Assembly (NCBI GenBank): GCA_002269645.1
Contig: NIVC01003728.1
Coordinates: 16,219-80,218, forward strand
From: Macrostomum lignano
Lineage: Eukaryota
Length of the DNA stretch: 64,000 nucleotides
Reading direction: 5' to 3'
Positions 33,993 to 46,119 of this stretch are shown here, piece by piece. The notes under the pieces are model-generated. The model saw nothing but the letters and a program-made list of their open reading frames with translations, did no database searches and was not told the origin of the DNA. Every line of letters starts with the position of its first letter. The stretch's first letter is position 1. The position numbers and the translations under genes are program-made.

Positions 33993-36900
33993 ACTACTAA
34001 GGGATTCCGAATGGCGCGATTTTGGAGGTGAGGTGGGTGTCAACCCTCCTCGCCTCTCATTGGCTGGCGCCCCGATCACTAGGTGATCGATACCCGTATC
34101 GATATCGGCGACTCGAACCCGCGACCCTCCCCAGCCGCAGGCGCACCTACCGATATTAGATCCCAATAAATCAATCAGATCCCAAATCAATCAGATCCCA
34201 AATCAATCAGATCCCAAGCGCACCCTCCCGAGCCGCAGGCGCCCATGCAGCAGGCGCCCATGCCGCAGGCACCCCGAGTGTACACTCTCCCGATATGTGT
34301 GTACACCGATATGTAGTCATCGATACGGGCCTCTTCCCCTCTCTCACCTACATCTCAACTAGCGAAATCGAACCCAGGTCGCGCCCATACTAGGACACTA
34401 CACGGTTGTGGGGTATAGGGAGCGAGAAGTTTCAACCCTAACGCTGACGCAGCCCTGTACAGTGAGAGTGTACGGGCAGAGAGGGGTGGGGCGGACAGAG
34501 AACCAGCCACTAGGTTGTTATACTGTTGAAGCATAGGGAGCGAGAAGTTTTAACCCCGATGCTGACGCAGCCCTGTACACTGAGCGTGTACGGGCAGAGG
34601 GTGGGTGGAAAGAGATGTGAATAACACAGCCTGCTGCAGGAGCCGGATAGAGAGGCGCATGCTAGGACAGAGAGGTAGTGTGAGTCACACACACCCCACA
34701 GAGAAAGCCATACAGAGGATAGAGAGCTCCCTCCCCAGTTGCAGGGGACAGAGAGGCAGGCAGGGTATGCAGGGGCATGCGAACCGTCAAGGGGCCACGC
34801 GAGGATAGAGTGGAGGAGCAGAGATGTGTTTGGACAGAGAGCCAGCCACGTGTGCGTAGTGTGAGGGAACAGAAACATATGGAGCAGGAGGGAGATAGGA
34901 AGCAAACGCGCAGGGTAAGGGAGCCATGCAGCAGGGAGCAGTGTACAGTGAGACACGGGCAGGGGTGGAGCCGTGCGTGGACAGAGCTGAACGGCACGGT
35001 CAGCTGCAGGAATAGGATGATAGAGAGGCGCGGAGGGGGACAGAGAGCAGTGTGCAGGGTAGGCAGCCACGCAGGCTGGGGAACAGAGAGGCGCGTGTCA
35101 GCCAGTTACAGCCCGGGACAGAGAAGTATGAAGGGGGGCCTGGGACAGAGAAGTATGAAGGGGGGCCTGGGACAGAGTTGCGAGCAAGGCACAGAGAGAG
35201 GTAGGGTCCGGTAGCTATGTATAGGCAGGGACCCACGCGAGGGCAGGACAGGGCATGCAAGGCATGCAAATTACATGCAAGGGCAGTGAGGTGTGCGCGG
35301 AGGGAGACAGAGAGCAGTGTGTAGGGGTAGGTAACAGCAAACTTTAGTAGAGGCGCGTGCGGGGACGGAGAAACCAGTCTGAGCGTACAGAGACGTTACA
35401 GAGAGGTACACAAACAGAGACCAAAGCGGGCAGAGCACGTGTAGGGACAGAGACGTGAGGGAGAATAGACCAAAACACGCTATGTATTTTCAAAAGTTGG
35501 TTTTAGTGCAGCATATTTAATAGCGGGTAGTATAATAGTATGTACATAGTAGGTATAATGGTAGTAATAATAGTAAGTATATTAGCCCAAAAGGTAGGCT
35601 AAAACAGGCTAAACTGTGTGTACGCATCCTCATCACCCCACAAGCCCCCTCTCCCGCCAGACTCACTCTTCCATACCCTCCTGTATTGCTGTATGAAGGA
35701 AAATATAGTGTAAAAATACAGATCTTAACCGTCAGACCGCTGAAATCAGGGCACACTAGAGGGGTTTCGGGGTCTGCATGCTCTATGTAAGCTGTTTCAA
35801 TTATGTTTTGAAAAAACTAGGGGCTTAAATACAACGTTTTATTCAAAAAGTAGGTTATTTTAATGAAATAGCTGACACAATCATTGTCGAGAGTAGAAAT
35901 TTTTATAAGAAACCAGGCATTTTAGCAAAAATAAACCTTCAAACCACATAAAATTGAATAAAAAGCAGACATTTTCAATTATAAACCGCAAGTATTTTAA
36001 TAGAAAAGTAAGCAAACAAGGCACAAAACCAGCAAATTTTACCTTTTTATTTTAATGTTACTGATAAGGTAGAGAGTAGAAACTTGTGAGCTGTACGGAG
36101 TTAGAAAGTATTAACCATTATGTATCGTATGAATTATTAGTTCAGTACCAGCCATTGGTCAAGCGAGCATTTATGAAGTTATTACGAGTGATGAAGGGAT
36201 AGAGAGCTATATACAGGAAGACAGTATCCTTCTAAACCACCACGAACAGATTGCTAATAGAGATAAGCTTTGTCTGTGTGCAGTATGAGTAAGCGAAGGC
36301 GGGGCAAATACTTTTCCACATGCCGGACAGAACAGTATTGTGCTAGGATTTCTCTCGAAATCACGGTACGTTACTAGTTTTTATCACACCATCCAGATGC
36401 GTCAACTAGTCAGCAGTAGTCATTTATATGTTATTAGAACTTACAAACCCAGGTCAAGTAAATATTACAAAGAGTATATTACGTACACACGCCAACTCCG
36501 AATACCAAGCCATACTAGTCTACTTGCAGTGCTCCTGGAGGGAAGGGACGGCGGGGTGTACACCCGGCAGGGTGGGCGTCCAGCGAGTGTACATCTGACA
36601 GGATGGGTGTTCAGCAAGTGTACATCTGACAGGGTGGGCGTTCAGCAAGTGTACCTTCAGCGTCGAGTAGGTGTACACCCGTCAGTGGGGAACTCCACCC
36701 CTCCCACCAATGTCGTGTGCATGCGGTTAGTCAGTATAGTGGTGGGGTAGACGGTGCAGGAAGGAAACCCAGATGCTGACGCTGCCCTGTACAGCGAGCA
36801 ACCAGCCCCCTGTAGCAGGAGGGGGACAGAGAGTGCGTGGAGGCAGTAGGAGATAGAGGACGCTACCCGGCATGTCGCAGCACGCGGCGCGGGACAGAGG

Positions 36901-39900
36901 CAGTGTGTAAGTCACCCCCGCGGAGAGAGCTCCCCTGGCAGGAGGCGCGGGACAGAGAGGCGGTGAATCACACCCCACGGAGAGAGCCGTACAACGAGCT
37001 TCCCCACCCGAGTCCGGTAAATATTACAGAGTATTACGTGCACACACCAGCCCTGAATACCAAGCCATACTAGTCTATCTGCAGTGCTCCCAGAGGGAAG
37101 GGATGGTCAGGAGTTACACACCAAGAATGCATTCATACAAAGAGTACACAACTCGAGCCCAGACACCAAGTCACAGTCTACTTACAGTAGAGATGGTAGA
37201 TTAATAGCAAGATTATATTACAATTAGACCTCTCTAGCACATGAGGAGTGAAATTCAATAATAATTGAATTCAATAATAATACAACATTTAGACGTAGTA
37301 ATTTAATTACAAAATACCACTAACACTGAGCCAACGAATTGTAGGTTACAAAGGAGTTGCCACTCATATGGAAAGCCAGTATAATGCAGGTGTGTATTAT
37401 TAAAACATAGACAAAAACGATGCAGACGTATATACACACTATTGATTTTGTACATGTACATTTCGGCATATTACCACACATCGCGGGCACATATTATATA
37501 TCGGGGGATAGGTTAAAATACACACATCGTAGATGTAGAAGCAGACACAATGCAGGAAAATTATGATACGAGTGTACATATTAGTGCGTAAAAGTATCAT
37601 ATTATGACACCCTGTAGCACATATTGACATAATGCAGGGGAAAATATTGACAGAAATAGTACACAATTGTAGAGGTAACAACCAGCCAACTAGTAAGGGC
37701 ATCCAGCACTTGTTCAGGTTTTTTTTATTTCGAGACGAGTGTCATGCCCCCGCAAGAGATCTTATCAGAAATTTGTTGAACTCCACTGCAACTCTCCCAG
37801 AGCCTCCAAATGGAGTTTTAACACTTGAGGGGATCCCGCTCAATGTACAGTGCGGACGGAGAGGGGTAACAGAAAGCGCTGCATCAGACCGCGGAGCTGC
37901 ATTCCTCCCCGAGGTAGGCGCGTCAGCTCCCACTCCTCATTTAACCATCAAGTAAACTAAAGAAGTCAAGCAGAAAGCCTTACAATCACCCGCAACCAGC
38001 ACAAGTAAGAGTACTTTCCACTAGAGAGCCATAGTGCAAGATTCGCGAGCCAAGTTGAAGAAGCACACCAAATTACACTAAAGACATATGTATTAAAAAG
38101 CATACCGGCACCTCTACAAAAACACAGTATGTACCGATTAAAGTTGCTTTTGGTGCAGTGTATTTAATAAAAAGCAGGTACCTAACACAAAAGTAGGCAT
38201 CAATGCAGTGCACGGGCTAAACTGTATTTACAAACGCAGGGCAACGAACTACACACAATGTAGCGCATAGACATAATTGTACACATAAATGTACGCAATT
38301 TCCGGTATATAGGACCAAATGTACGCAAATGTACACAATGTACACAAACACACACACACTCAGGCGTATTCACAGCAAGAGCTTCCTGCCGATGGCGCCA
38401 TCGCCTGCGGCGATCGGTGCTGCAGGATGCGCTGCAGGATGCGCCTGAGTGTGTGTGTGTTTGTGTGCATTGTGTACATTTGCGTACATTTGGTCCTATA
38501 TACCGGAGATTGCGTACATTTATGTGTACAATTATGTCTATGCGCTACATTGTGTGTAGTTCGTTGCCCTGCGTTTGTAAATACAGTTTAGCCCGTGCAC
38601 TGCATTGATGCCTACTTTTGTGTTAGGTACCTGCTTTTTATTAAATACACTGCACCAAAAGCAACTTTAATCGGTACATACTGTGTTTTTGTAGAGGTGC
38701 CGGTATGCTTTTTAATACATATGTCTTTAGTGTAATTTGGTGTGCTTCTTCAACTTGGCTCGCGAATCTTGCACTATGGCTCTCTAGTGGAAAGTACTCT
38801 TACTTGTGCTGGTTGCGGGTGATTGTAAGGCTTTCTGCTTGACTTCTTTAGTTTACTTGATGGTTAAATGAGGAGTGGGAGCTGACGCGCCTACCTCGGG
38901 GAGGAATGCAGCTCCGCGGTCTGATGCAGCGCTTTCTGTTACCCCTCTCCGTCCGCACTGTACATTGAGCGGGATCCCCTCAAGTGTTAAAACTCCCATT
39001 TGGAGGCTCTGGGAGAGTTGCAGTGGAGTTCAACAAATTTCTGATAAGATCTCTTGCGGGGGCATGACACTCGTCTCGAAATAAAAAAAACCTGAACAAG
39101 TGCTGGATGCCCTTACTAGTTGGCTGGTTGTTACCTCTACAATTGTGTACTATTTCTGTCAATATTTTCCCCTGCATTATGTCAATATGTGCTACAGGGT
39201 GTCATAATATGATACTTTTACGCACTAATATGTACACTCGTATCATAATTTTCCTGCATTGTGTCTGCTTCTACATCTACGATGTGTGTATTTTAACCTA
39301 TCCCCCGATATATAATATGTGCCCGCGATGTGTGGTAATATGCCGAAATGTACATGTACAAAATCAATAGTGTGTATATACGTCTGCATCGTTTTTGTCT
39401 ATGTTTTAATAATACACACCTGCATTATACTGGCTTTCCATATGAGTGGCAACTCCTTTGTAACCTACAATTCGTTGGCTCAGTGTTAGTGGTATTTTGT
39501 AATTAAATTACTACGTCTAAATGTTGTATTATTATTGAATTCAATTATTATTGAATTTCACTCCTCATGTGCTAGAGAGGTCTAATTGTAATATAATCTT
39601 GCTATTAATCTACCATCTCTACTGTAAGTAGACTGTGACTTGGTGTCTGGGCTCGAGTTGTGTACTCTTTGTATGAATGCATTCTTGGTGTGTAACTCCT
39701 GACCATCCCTTCCCTCTGGGAGCACTGCAGATAGACTAGTATGGCTTGGTATTCAGGGCTGGTGTGTGCACGTAATACTCTGTAATATTTACCGGACTCG
39801 GGTGGGGAAGCTCGTTGTACGGCTCTCTCCGTGGGGTGTGATTCACCGCCTCTCTGTCCCGCGCCTCCTGCCAGGGGAGCTCTCTCCGCGGGGGTGACTT

Positions 39901-42814
39901 ACACACTGCCTCTGTCCCGCGCCGCGTGCTGCGACATGCCGGGTAGCGTCCTCTATCTCCTACTGCCTCCACGCACTCTCTGTCCCCCTCCTGCTACAGG
40001 GGGCTGGTTGCTCGCTGTACAGGGCAGCGTCAGCATCTGGGTTTCCTTCCTGCACCGTCTACCCCACCACTATACTGACTAACCGCATGCACACGACATT
40101 GGTGGGAGGGGTGGAGTTCCCCACTGACGGGTGTACACCTACTCGACGCTGAAGGTACACTTGCTGAACGCCCACCCTGTCAGATGTACACTTGCTGAAC
40201 ACCCATCCTGTCAGATGTACACTCGCTGGACGCCCACCCTGCCGGTGTACACCCCGCCGTCCCTTCCCTCCAGGAGCACTGCAAGTAGACTAGTATGGCT
40301 TGGTATTCGGAGTTGGCGTGTGTACGTAATATACTCTTTGTAATATTTACTTGACCTGGGTTTGTAAGTTCTAATAACATATAAATGACTACTGCTGACT
40401 AGTTGACGCATCTGGATGGTGTGATAAAAACTAGTAACGTACCGTGATTTCGAGAGAAATCCTAGCACAATACTGTTCTGTCCGGCATGTGGAAAAGTAT
40501 TTGCCCCGCCTTCGCTTACTCATACTGCACACAGACAAAGCTTATCTCTATTAGCAATCTGTTCGTGGTGGTTTAGAAGGATACTGTCTTCCTGTATATA
40601 GCTCTCTATCCCTTCATCACTCGTAATAACTTCATAAATGCTCGCTTGACCAATGGCTGGTACTGAACTAATAATTCATACGATACATAATGGTTAATAC
40701 TTTCTAACTCCGTACAGCTCACAAGTTTCTACTCTCTACCTTATCAGTAACATTAAAATAAAAAGGTAAAATTTGCTGGTTTTGTGCCTTGTTTGCTTAC
40801 TTTTCTATTAAAATACTTGCGGTTTATAATTGAAAATGTCTGCTTTTTATTCAATTTTATGTGGTTTGAAGGTTTATTTTTGCTAAAATGCCTGGTTTCT
40901 TATAAAAATTTCTACTCTCGACAATGATTGTGTCAGCTATTTCATTAAAATAACCTACTTTTTGAATAAAACGTTGTATTTAAGCCCCTAGTTTTTTCAA
41001 AACATAATTGAAACAGCTTACATAGAGCATGCAGACCCCGAAACCCCTCTAGTGTGCCCTGATTTCAGCGGTCTGACGGTTAAGATCTGTATTTTTACAC
41101 TATATTTTCCTTCATACAGCAATACAGGAGGGTATGGAAGAGTGAGTCTGGCGGGAGAGGGGGCTTGTGGGGTGATGAGGATGCGTACACACAGTTTAGC
41201 CTGTTTTAGCCTACCTTTTGGGCTAATATACTTACTATTATTACTACCATTATACCTACTATGTACATACTATTATACTACCCGCTATTAAATATGCTGC
41301 ACTAAAACCAACTTTTGAAAATACATAGCGTGTTTTGGTCTATTCTCCCTCACGTCTCTGTCCCTACACGTGCTCTGCCCGCTTTGGTCTCTGTTTGTGT
41401 ACCTCTCTGTAACGTCTCTGTACGCTCAGACTGGTTTCTCCGTCCCCGCACGCGCCTCTACTAAAGTTTGCTGTTACCTACCCCTACACACTGCTCTCTG
41501 TCTCCCTCCGCGCACACCTCACTGCCCTTGCATGTAATTTGCATGCCTTGCATGCCCTGTCCTGCCCTCGCGTGGGTCCCTGCCTATACATAGCTACCGG
41601 ACCCTACCTCTCTCTGTGCCTTGCTCGCAACTCTGTCCCAGGCCCCCTTCATACTTCTCTGTCCCAGGCCCCCCTTCATACTTCTCTGTCCCGGGCTGTA
41701 ACTGGCTGACACGCGCCTCTCTGTTCCCCAGCCTGCGTGGCTGCCTACCCTGCACACTGCTCTCTGTCCCCCTCCGCGCCTCTCTATCATCCTATTCCTG
41801 CAGCTGACCGTGCCGTTCAGCTCTGTCCACGCACGGCTCCACCCCTGCCCGTGTCTCACTGTACACTGCTCCCTGCTGCATGGCTCCCTTACCCTGCGCG
41901 TTTGCTTCCTATCTCCCTCCTGCTCCATATGTTTCTGTTCCCTCACACTACGCACACGTGGCTGGCTCTCTGTCCAAACACATCTCTGCTCCTCCACTCT
42001 ATCCTCGCGTGGCCCCTTGACGGTTCGCATGCCCCTGCATACCCTGCCTGCCTCTCTGTCCCCTGCAACTGGGGAGGGAGCTCTCTATCCTCTGTATGGC
42101 TTTCTCTGTGGGGTGTGTGTGACTCACACTACCTCTCTGTCCTAGCATGCGCCTCTCTATCCGGCTCCTGCAGCAGGCTGTGTTATTCACATCTCTTTCC
42201 ACCCACCCTCTGCCCGTACACGCTCAGTGTACAGGGCTGCGTCAGCATCGGGGTTAAAACTTCTCGCTCCCTATGCTTCAACAGTATAACAACCTAGTGG
42301 CTGGTTCTCTGTCCGCCCCACCCCTCTCTGCCCGTACACTCTCACTGTACAGGGCTGCGTCAGCGTTAGGGTTGAAACTTCTCGCTCCCTATACCCCACA
42401 ACCGTGTAGTGTCCTAGTATGGGCGCGACCTGGGTTCGATTTCGCTAGTTGAGATGTAGGTGAGAGAGGGGAAGAGGCCCGTATCGATGACTACATATCG
42501 GTGTACACACATATCGGGAGAGTGTACACTCGGGGTGCCTGCGGCATGGGCGCCTGCTGCATGGGCGCCTGCGGCTCGGGAGGGTGCGCTTGGGATCTGA
42601 TTGATTTGGGATCTGATTGATTTGGGATCTGATTGATTTATTGGGATCTAATATCGGTAGGTGCGCCTGCGGCTGGGGAGGGTCGCGGGTTCGAGTCGCC
42701 GATATCGATACGGGTATCGATCACCTAGTGATCGGGGCGCCAGCCAATGAGAGGCGAGGAGGGTTGACACCCACCTCACCTCCAAAATCGCGCCATTCGG
42801 AATCCCTTAGTAGT
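33993..42814. mobile_element. 8.8-kb palindromic (fold-back) insertion: arms 33993-38369 and 38439-42814, 69-bp apex spacer, 6-bp TSD
   Basis: The arms are reverse complements throughout (mirror ORF pairs in the ORF track). Termini ACTACTAAGGGATTCCG / CGGAATCCCTTAGTAGT. Flanked by the direct repeat CTCTTG (33987-33992, 42815-42820). No recognisable coding sequence. Confidence 0.9.
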
Positions 42815-43336
42815 CTCTTGTCTACACGACAAAAATTAATAGCTTAATTTCGAGTGATCAGTTCGAAACTTTTCTGTTTAGCAAAAGTACAAGAACTATC
42901 CTAAGTCTCTATTTTCCGCATAATTAGCTGGCTGAAATCAAAACTGGAGAACTAAGCAGAGAGCCTAGATAACTGATCAAGCTGAGAGAGTTATATGTGC
43001 GGGGTTGATTTTTTTATATGCTCTGGCTTTTTGAATTTTTATAATTTTTTTGGTTGATTTTTTTGGAATAGGCATGCATTTAATGGTAAGCAATTCATAC
43101 TAGTAATTTTTTTGGTTCCAGTAGCATAAATTTTCTGTGCATTTTTGGACTCTCATAATTCAGACTTGAAAAGCTATCGCAACTGACTACTTACAGTAAT
43201 CTAAAAGAAACCTAAATTCCCAATTTAGAAATCTAAACGGCGCAACTCGATTCTATTATTTTGTTACAATTTGCCATTTACCAGCCATCACTACCGGTGA
43301 GCACTTTACCACTTCCTACCGGCTAGTGTTTACCAT

Positions 43337-43354
43337 ATCCCACCGCTGCCACCA
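43337..43354 (-). other. Primer-binding site complementary to tRNA-Leu 3' end
   Basis: Minus strand TGGTGGCAGCGGTGGGAT, 2 nt after the LTR CA. It is the 18-nt complement of ...ATCCCACCGCTGCCA-CCA, the 3' end of metazoan tRNA-Leu(AAG/TAG). Confidence 0.9.
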
Positions 43355-43356
43355 TT

Positions 43357-45347
43357 TGATGGGTTTCGACCTTTCAGGCCCCTTGTGAGGAAAGCCTTCG
43401 GGCCTCAGGCCTCAGAAATAAATCACTTAGAGACCTGGCCCCCCACTCCTGTCAGATGGTCAGCCCCATGGTAGCTTGATCGTGTGGCGAGCAGTCTAGG
43501 TCCTATAGCTAAGAGAGGGACAGCGAGAGACAAGCAGGGAGAATTTTGAAGGTAGAAATTAGCTAATCCGCAGACTAAGCTAACTCGCTGCCACCAGCCC
43601 GTGCGTCCTGGCTCACCACACCGGGACTCTCGAAATCGGGCTTCCGACTAGAAGGGGCTTTGCACTTACCTGCCGACTAGTGTCTTTTTGCTGTCAATCT
43701 CGAAGTCATAGCCGATGATAAGGGACACTGCTGGGACTAGATCGCATTGGCCATGCAGGTACAGAGGGGACTTGTGCAGGGGATTCTTGCAGTGGCGAGT
43801 CTATGGGGTAGCTACATGTACTATTACATTGCTAAATACGAAGATATGTACTTTTGGCCTTCAACGCGCCAACTAGCCTCTCATAGCGCTGATGATAGAC
43901 TAACTCGAACTTTAGAGATCTCGCATGATTCATTACCCGAGCCGCTTGGCTAACCTAGAGTGCACAAAGTACATCTCTGGCGCCGATTCTGCACTTCTGG
44001 CAGTTTTGTTCACTGATTTGGTAGATTGATAGACTGAGAACTGCCTTGCCATTGGTCCACTGTGACCGGCGCCTACTAGCTTAGCTACTCATCTGAGCCA
44101 TCGGCGAACAAAGAAATAAAACCGATAAAAATGACTGTTAGATTTAACCTTCTCCTTAGTTCACTTCACACTTCAGATTGAATTGGAGTTTTAGACTACT
44201 AGCAGTATTATTGAATGATTTCTGCCTCAGCAACAGCACTACTGAACAAAATGAGCAAAAGTGTGCGCCTAATCCAGCTACTGAAACAGGAGACAGACAG
44301 GGAATCACCCAATCAAGCAAGTCTAGGTAGCCTCTCACCCAACCAATCAGAAACTCAACAGCCGGAGACCAGGTAATCCACAGTGACCGAATCGGCTTGA
44401 TGCTCTGTAGCTGTAGACTCGGGATGATGCTGATACAATCTTCGCTAATAGCTAGCAGGTGATGATCTTCGCTTGATGTTCGCTGCTGACGACCGGGGGA
44501 TTCGTCCTTGATGATGATGGGGGGAAGTCGCAATCCGGGGATCAAGAAACGACGGTCGCGCTCCGGGAACCAGAAGTTGCGTGCTGGACCCGAGCAAGAG
44601 TTGCGTCCGAGCGGGCCAAAAACTCCGGTTTAAATAGCCGCCAACTGGACCGCAGTTTGTTATAATGGAACACGTCGATTCTGATTGGCTGAGCCGTTTT
44701 GTTAAAATGAGCGCCGAATTTTCTGATTGGCTAAGCTTGTTGCTACCCAGAATCACGTGACCGAGAGATCCTATCAGTTCCCACAGGGTCGTAAAAAGAT
44801 GACAGGTGCGGCCATAAATCACTCAAAGTCGCAACAAAATGATTTATGACTTTTCGCGTAGGATTGACAGAAATTAATGAAAAATATACATTAGAAAGCT
44901 CTTATTAAATAGAAAGTGAAGATAATGAAGAGAAATTGCTAATCGCTAATCCCAAAGTACTTTTAGGGGTAAAACGCATAGCTGTCAAAGCTGTCACACG
45001 CTTGAGTGAATCCGAACAATAGGCTCCGACCTCGTAAATCTTGATGGCCTGTCAAAATGATGAGAAAAAAGCTACCGCCCGCATCCTCTCAGACCATCTG
45101 GCGCCCGCCTCAACACTGAGTGAGGCGCAGGTGGCTGTCAGACCAACTTCGGAAGCGATGATTTACGACCCAAAAAGCTACGCCTATGTTATTATGACTA
45201 CTAGTATGGCCAGACATTATATCTAGTATAGATTCTATGACAATTTGCAGAAAAAGGATAAAAATGCCCCTTGCCCACTGTTAGTAGGCAAGTAAGTTTA
45301 GAGCCCATGTGCTAGCGCGGGATTTGGGAAAAAGTGCGTCCTCATCA
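43357..45347 (-). repeat. 5' LTR (1991 bp)
   Basis: Adjacent to the PBS. TG...CA termini. Near-identical to 26204-28194. Confidence 0.95.
44629..44730 (-). promoter_or_regulatory. Putative LTR U3 promoter: two CCAAT boxes followed by a TATTTAAA TATA-like box
   Basis: Minus strand TAGCCAATCAG (44726-30) ... CAGCCAATCAG (44684-88) ... GGCTATTTAAACC (44629-36). Oriented toward the PBS and gag. Confidence 0.55.
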
Positions 45348-46119
45348 GAATATCGAACGTTTATAGCCTGACGAGTGAATAATTATTAGCCGAATGTGGT
45401 TAACGATTTATCAGACTACTCTTAATTTCAATATAAGATAAATTCTCAGTTTTGCAGCGTCCATAAAAAACTGAACACACCTGGAATACTTTTAGTCAGC
45501 ACCGTCTGGATCGGTGATAGATATCAGAGTTTGCAGTTGCCAATATAAATGTCGCACCAACCCGATGCCGGAGGGCCAACTCTCACAAGTAAAGTTGCTG
45601 CTGCATGTAAATATTTGAGATTTTGTAAAACCTGATCTGAATTCGCTCAAATATAGAAACCCAACCAGGGTTTTATCACGGAAAACTGACTTTAACGGAA
45701 TTTGCACATTTTTTAATACAATTCTGTATATCACTGCATGGGTGCCAATTCTACAGAAATTAAATTCTACAGAAATTCTACAGAAATTGACAAACAGTAG
45801 AGTATTAAATTTATATTAGATTTACTTTTTTTCTAGGAAGTACGATGACTTGTCTAAATTCCAAAAAGCCCTACGAAGTTTGCATGCTTATGGCAATAGT
45901 GTGATTTCATGACGCTTCTGTGAATTTTCACACGTTGTCTAATGTAGAAAAGGTGAATTATATCTTCTTGGTACAGCAATCAGTCAAGCTATGAAGATGC
46001 TTTGAGCTACCAAGAATGTCGCTTTTATCTCTAAAATAATCTCTAAACATGCAGTTTTAAAGATCCTTGTCATTTAGTGCGAGTAAATCGCTTTGACAAT
46101 GAAGGTTTTTTGCGACCCA

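Larger units (their letters stand above)
26204..45347 (-). mobile_element. 19.1-kb non-autonomous Gypsy-type LTR retroelement (Gag plus protease only), interrupted by an 8.8-kb palindromic insertion
   Basis: Two 1991-bp direct repeats with TGATG...CATCA ends. 4-bp TSD GAAT (26200-26203 / 45348-45351). tRNA-Leu PBS, PPT, and gag and aspartic protease ORFs all on the minus strand. No RT, RNase H or integrase found. Confidence 0.93.

Noticed and set aside
34510-42297. Mirror-image ORFs of 60-186 aa in the palindrome arms
   Set aside because: They have compositional bias from purine/pyrimidine skew and no recognisable domains.
33993-42814. Palindrome as a simple long-read fold-back artefact
   Set aside because: Judged unlikely: both flanks are unique, a TSD is present, the spacer is non-palindromic and the arms carry substitutions. 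It is not formally excluded without raw reads.
45366-45410. CTGACGAG here and CTGATGAG near 52950 as hammerhead ribozyme cores
   Set aside because: No stem II followed by GAAA, and no closing stems.
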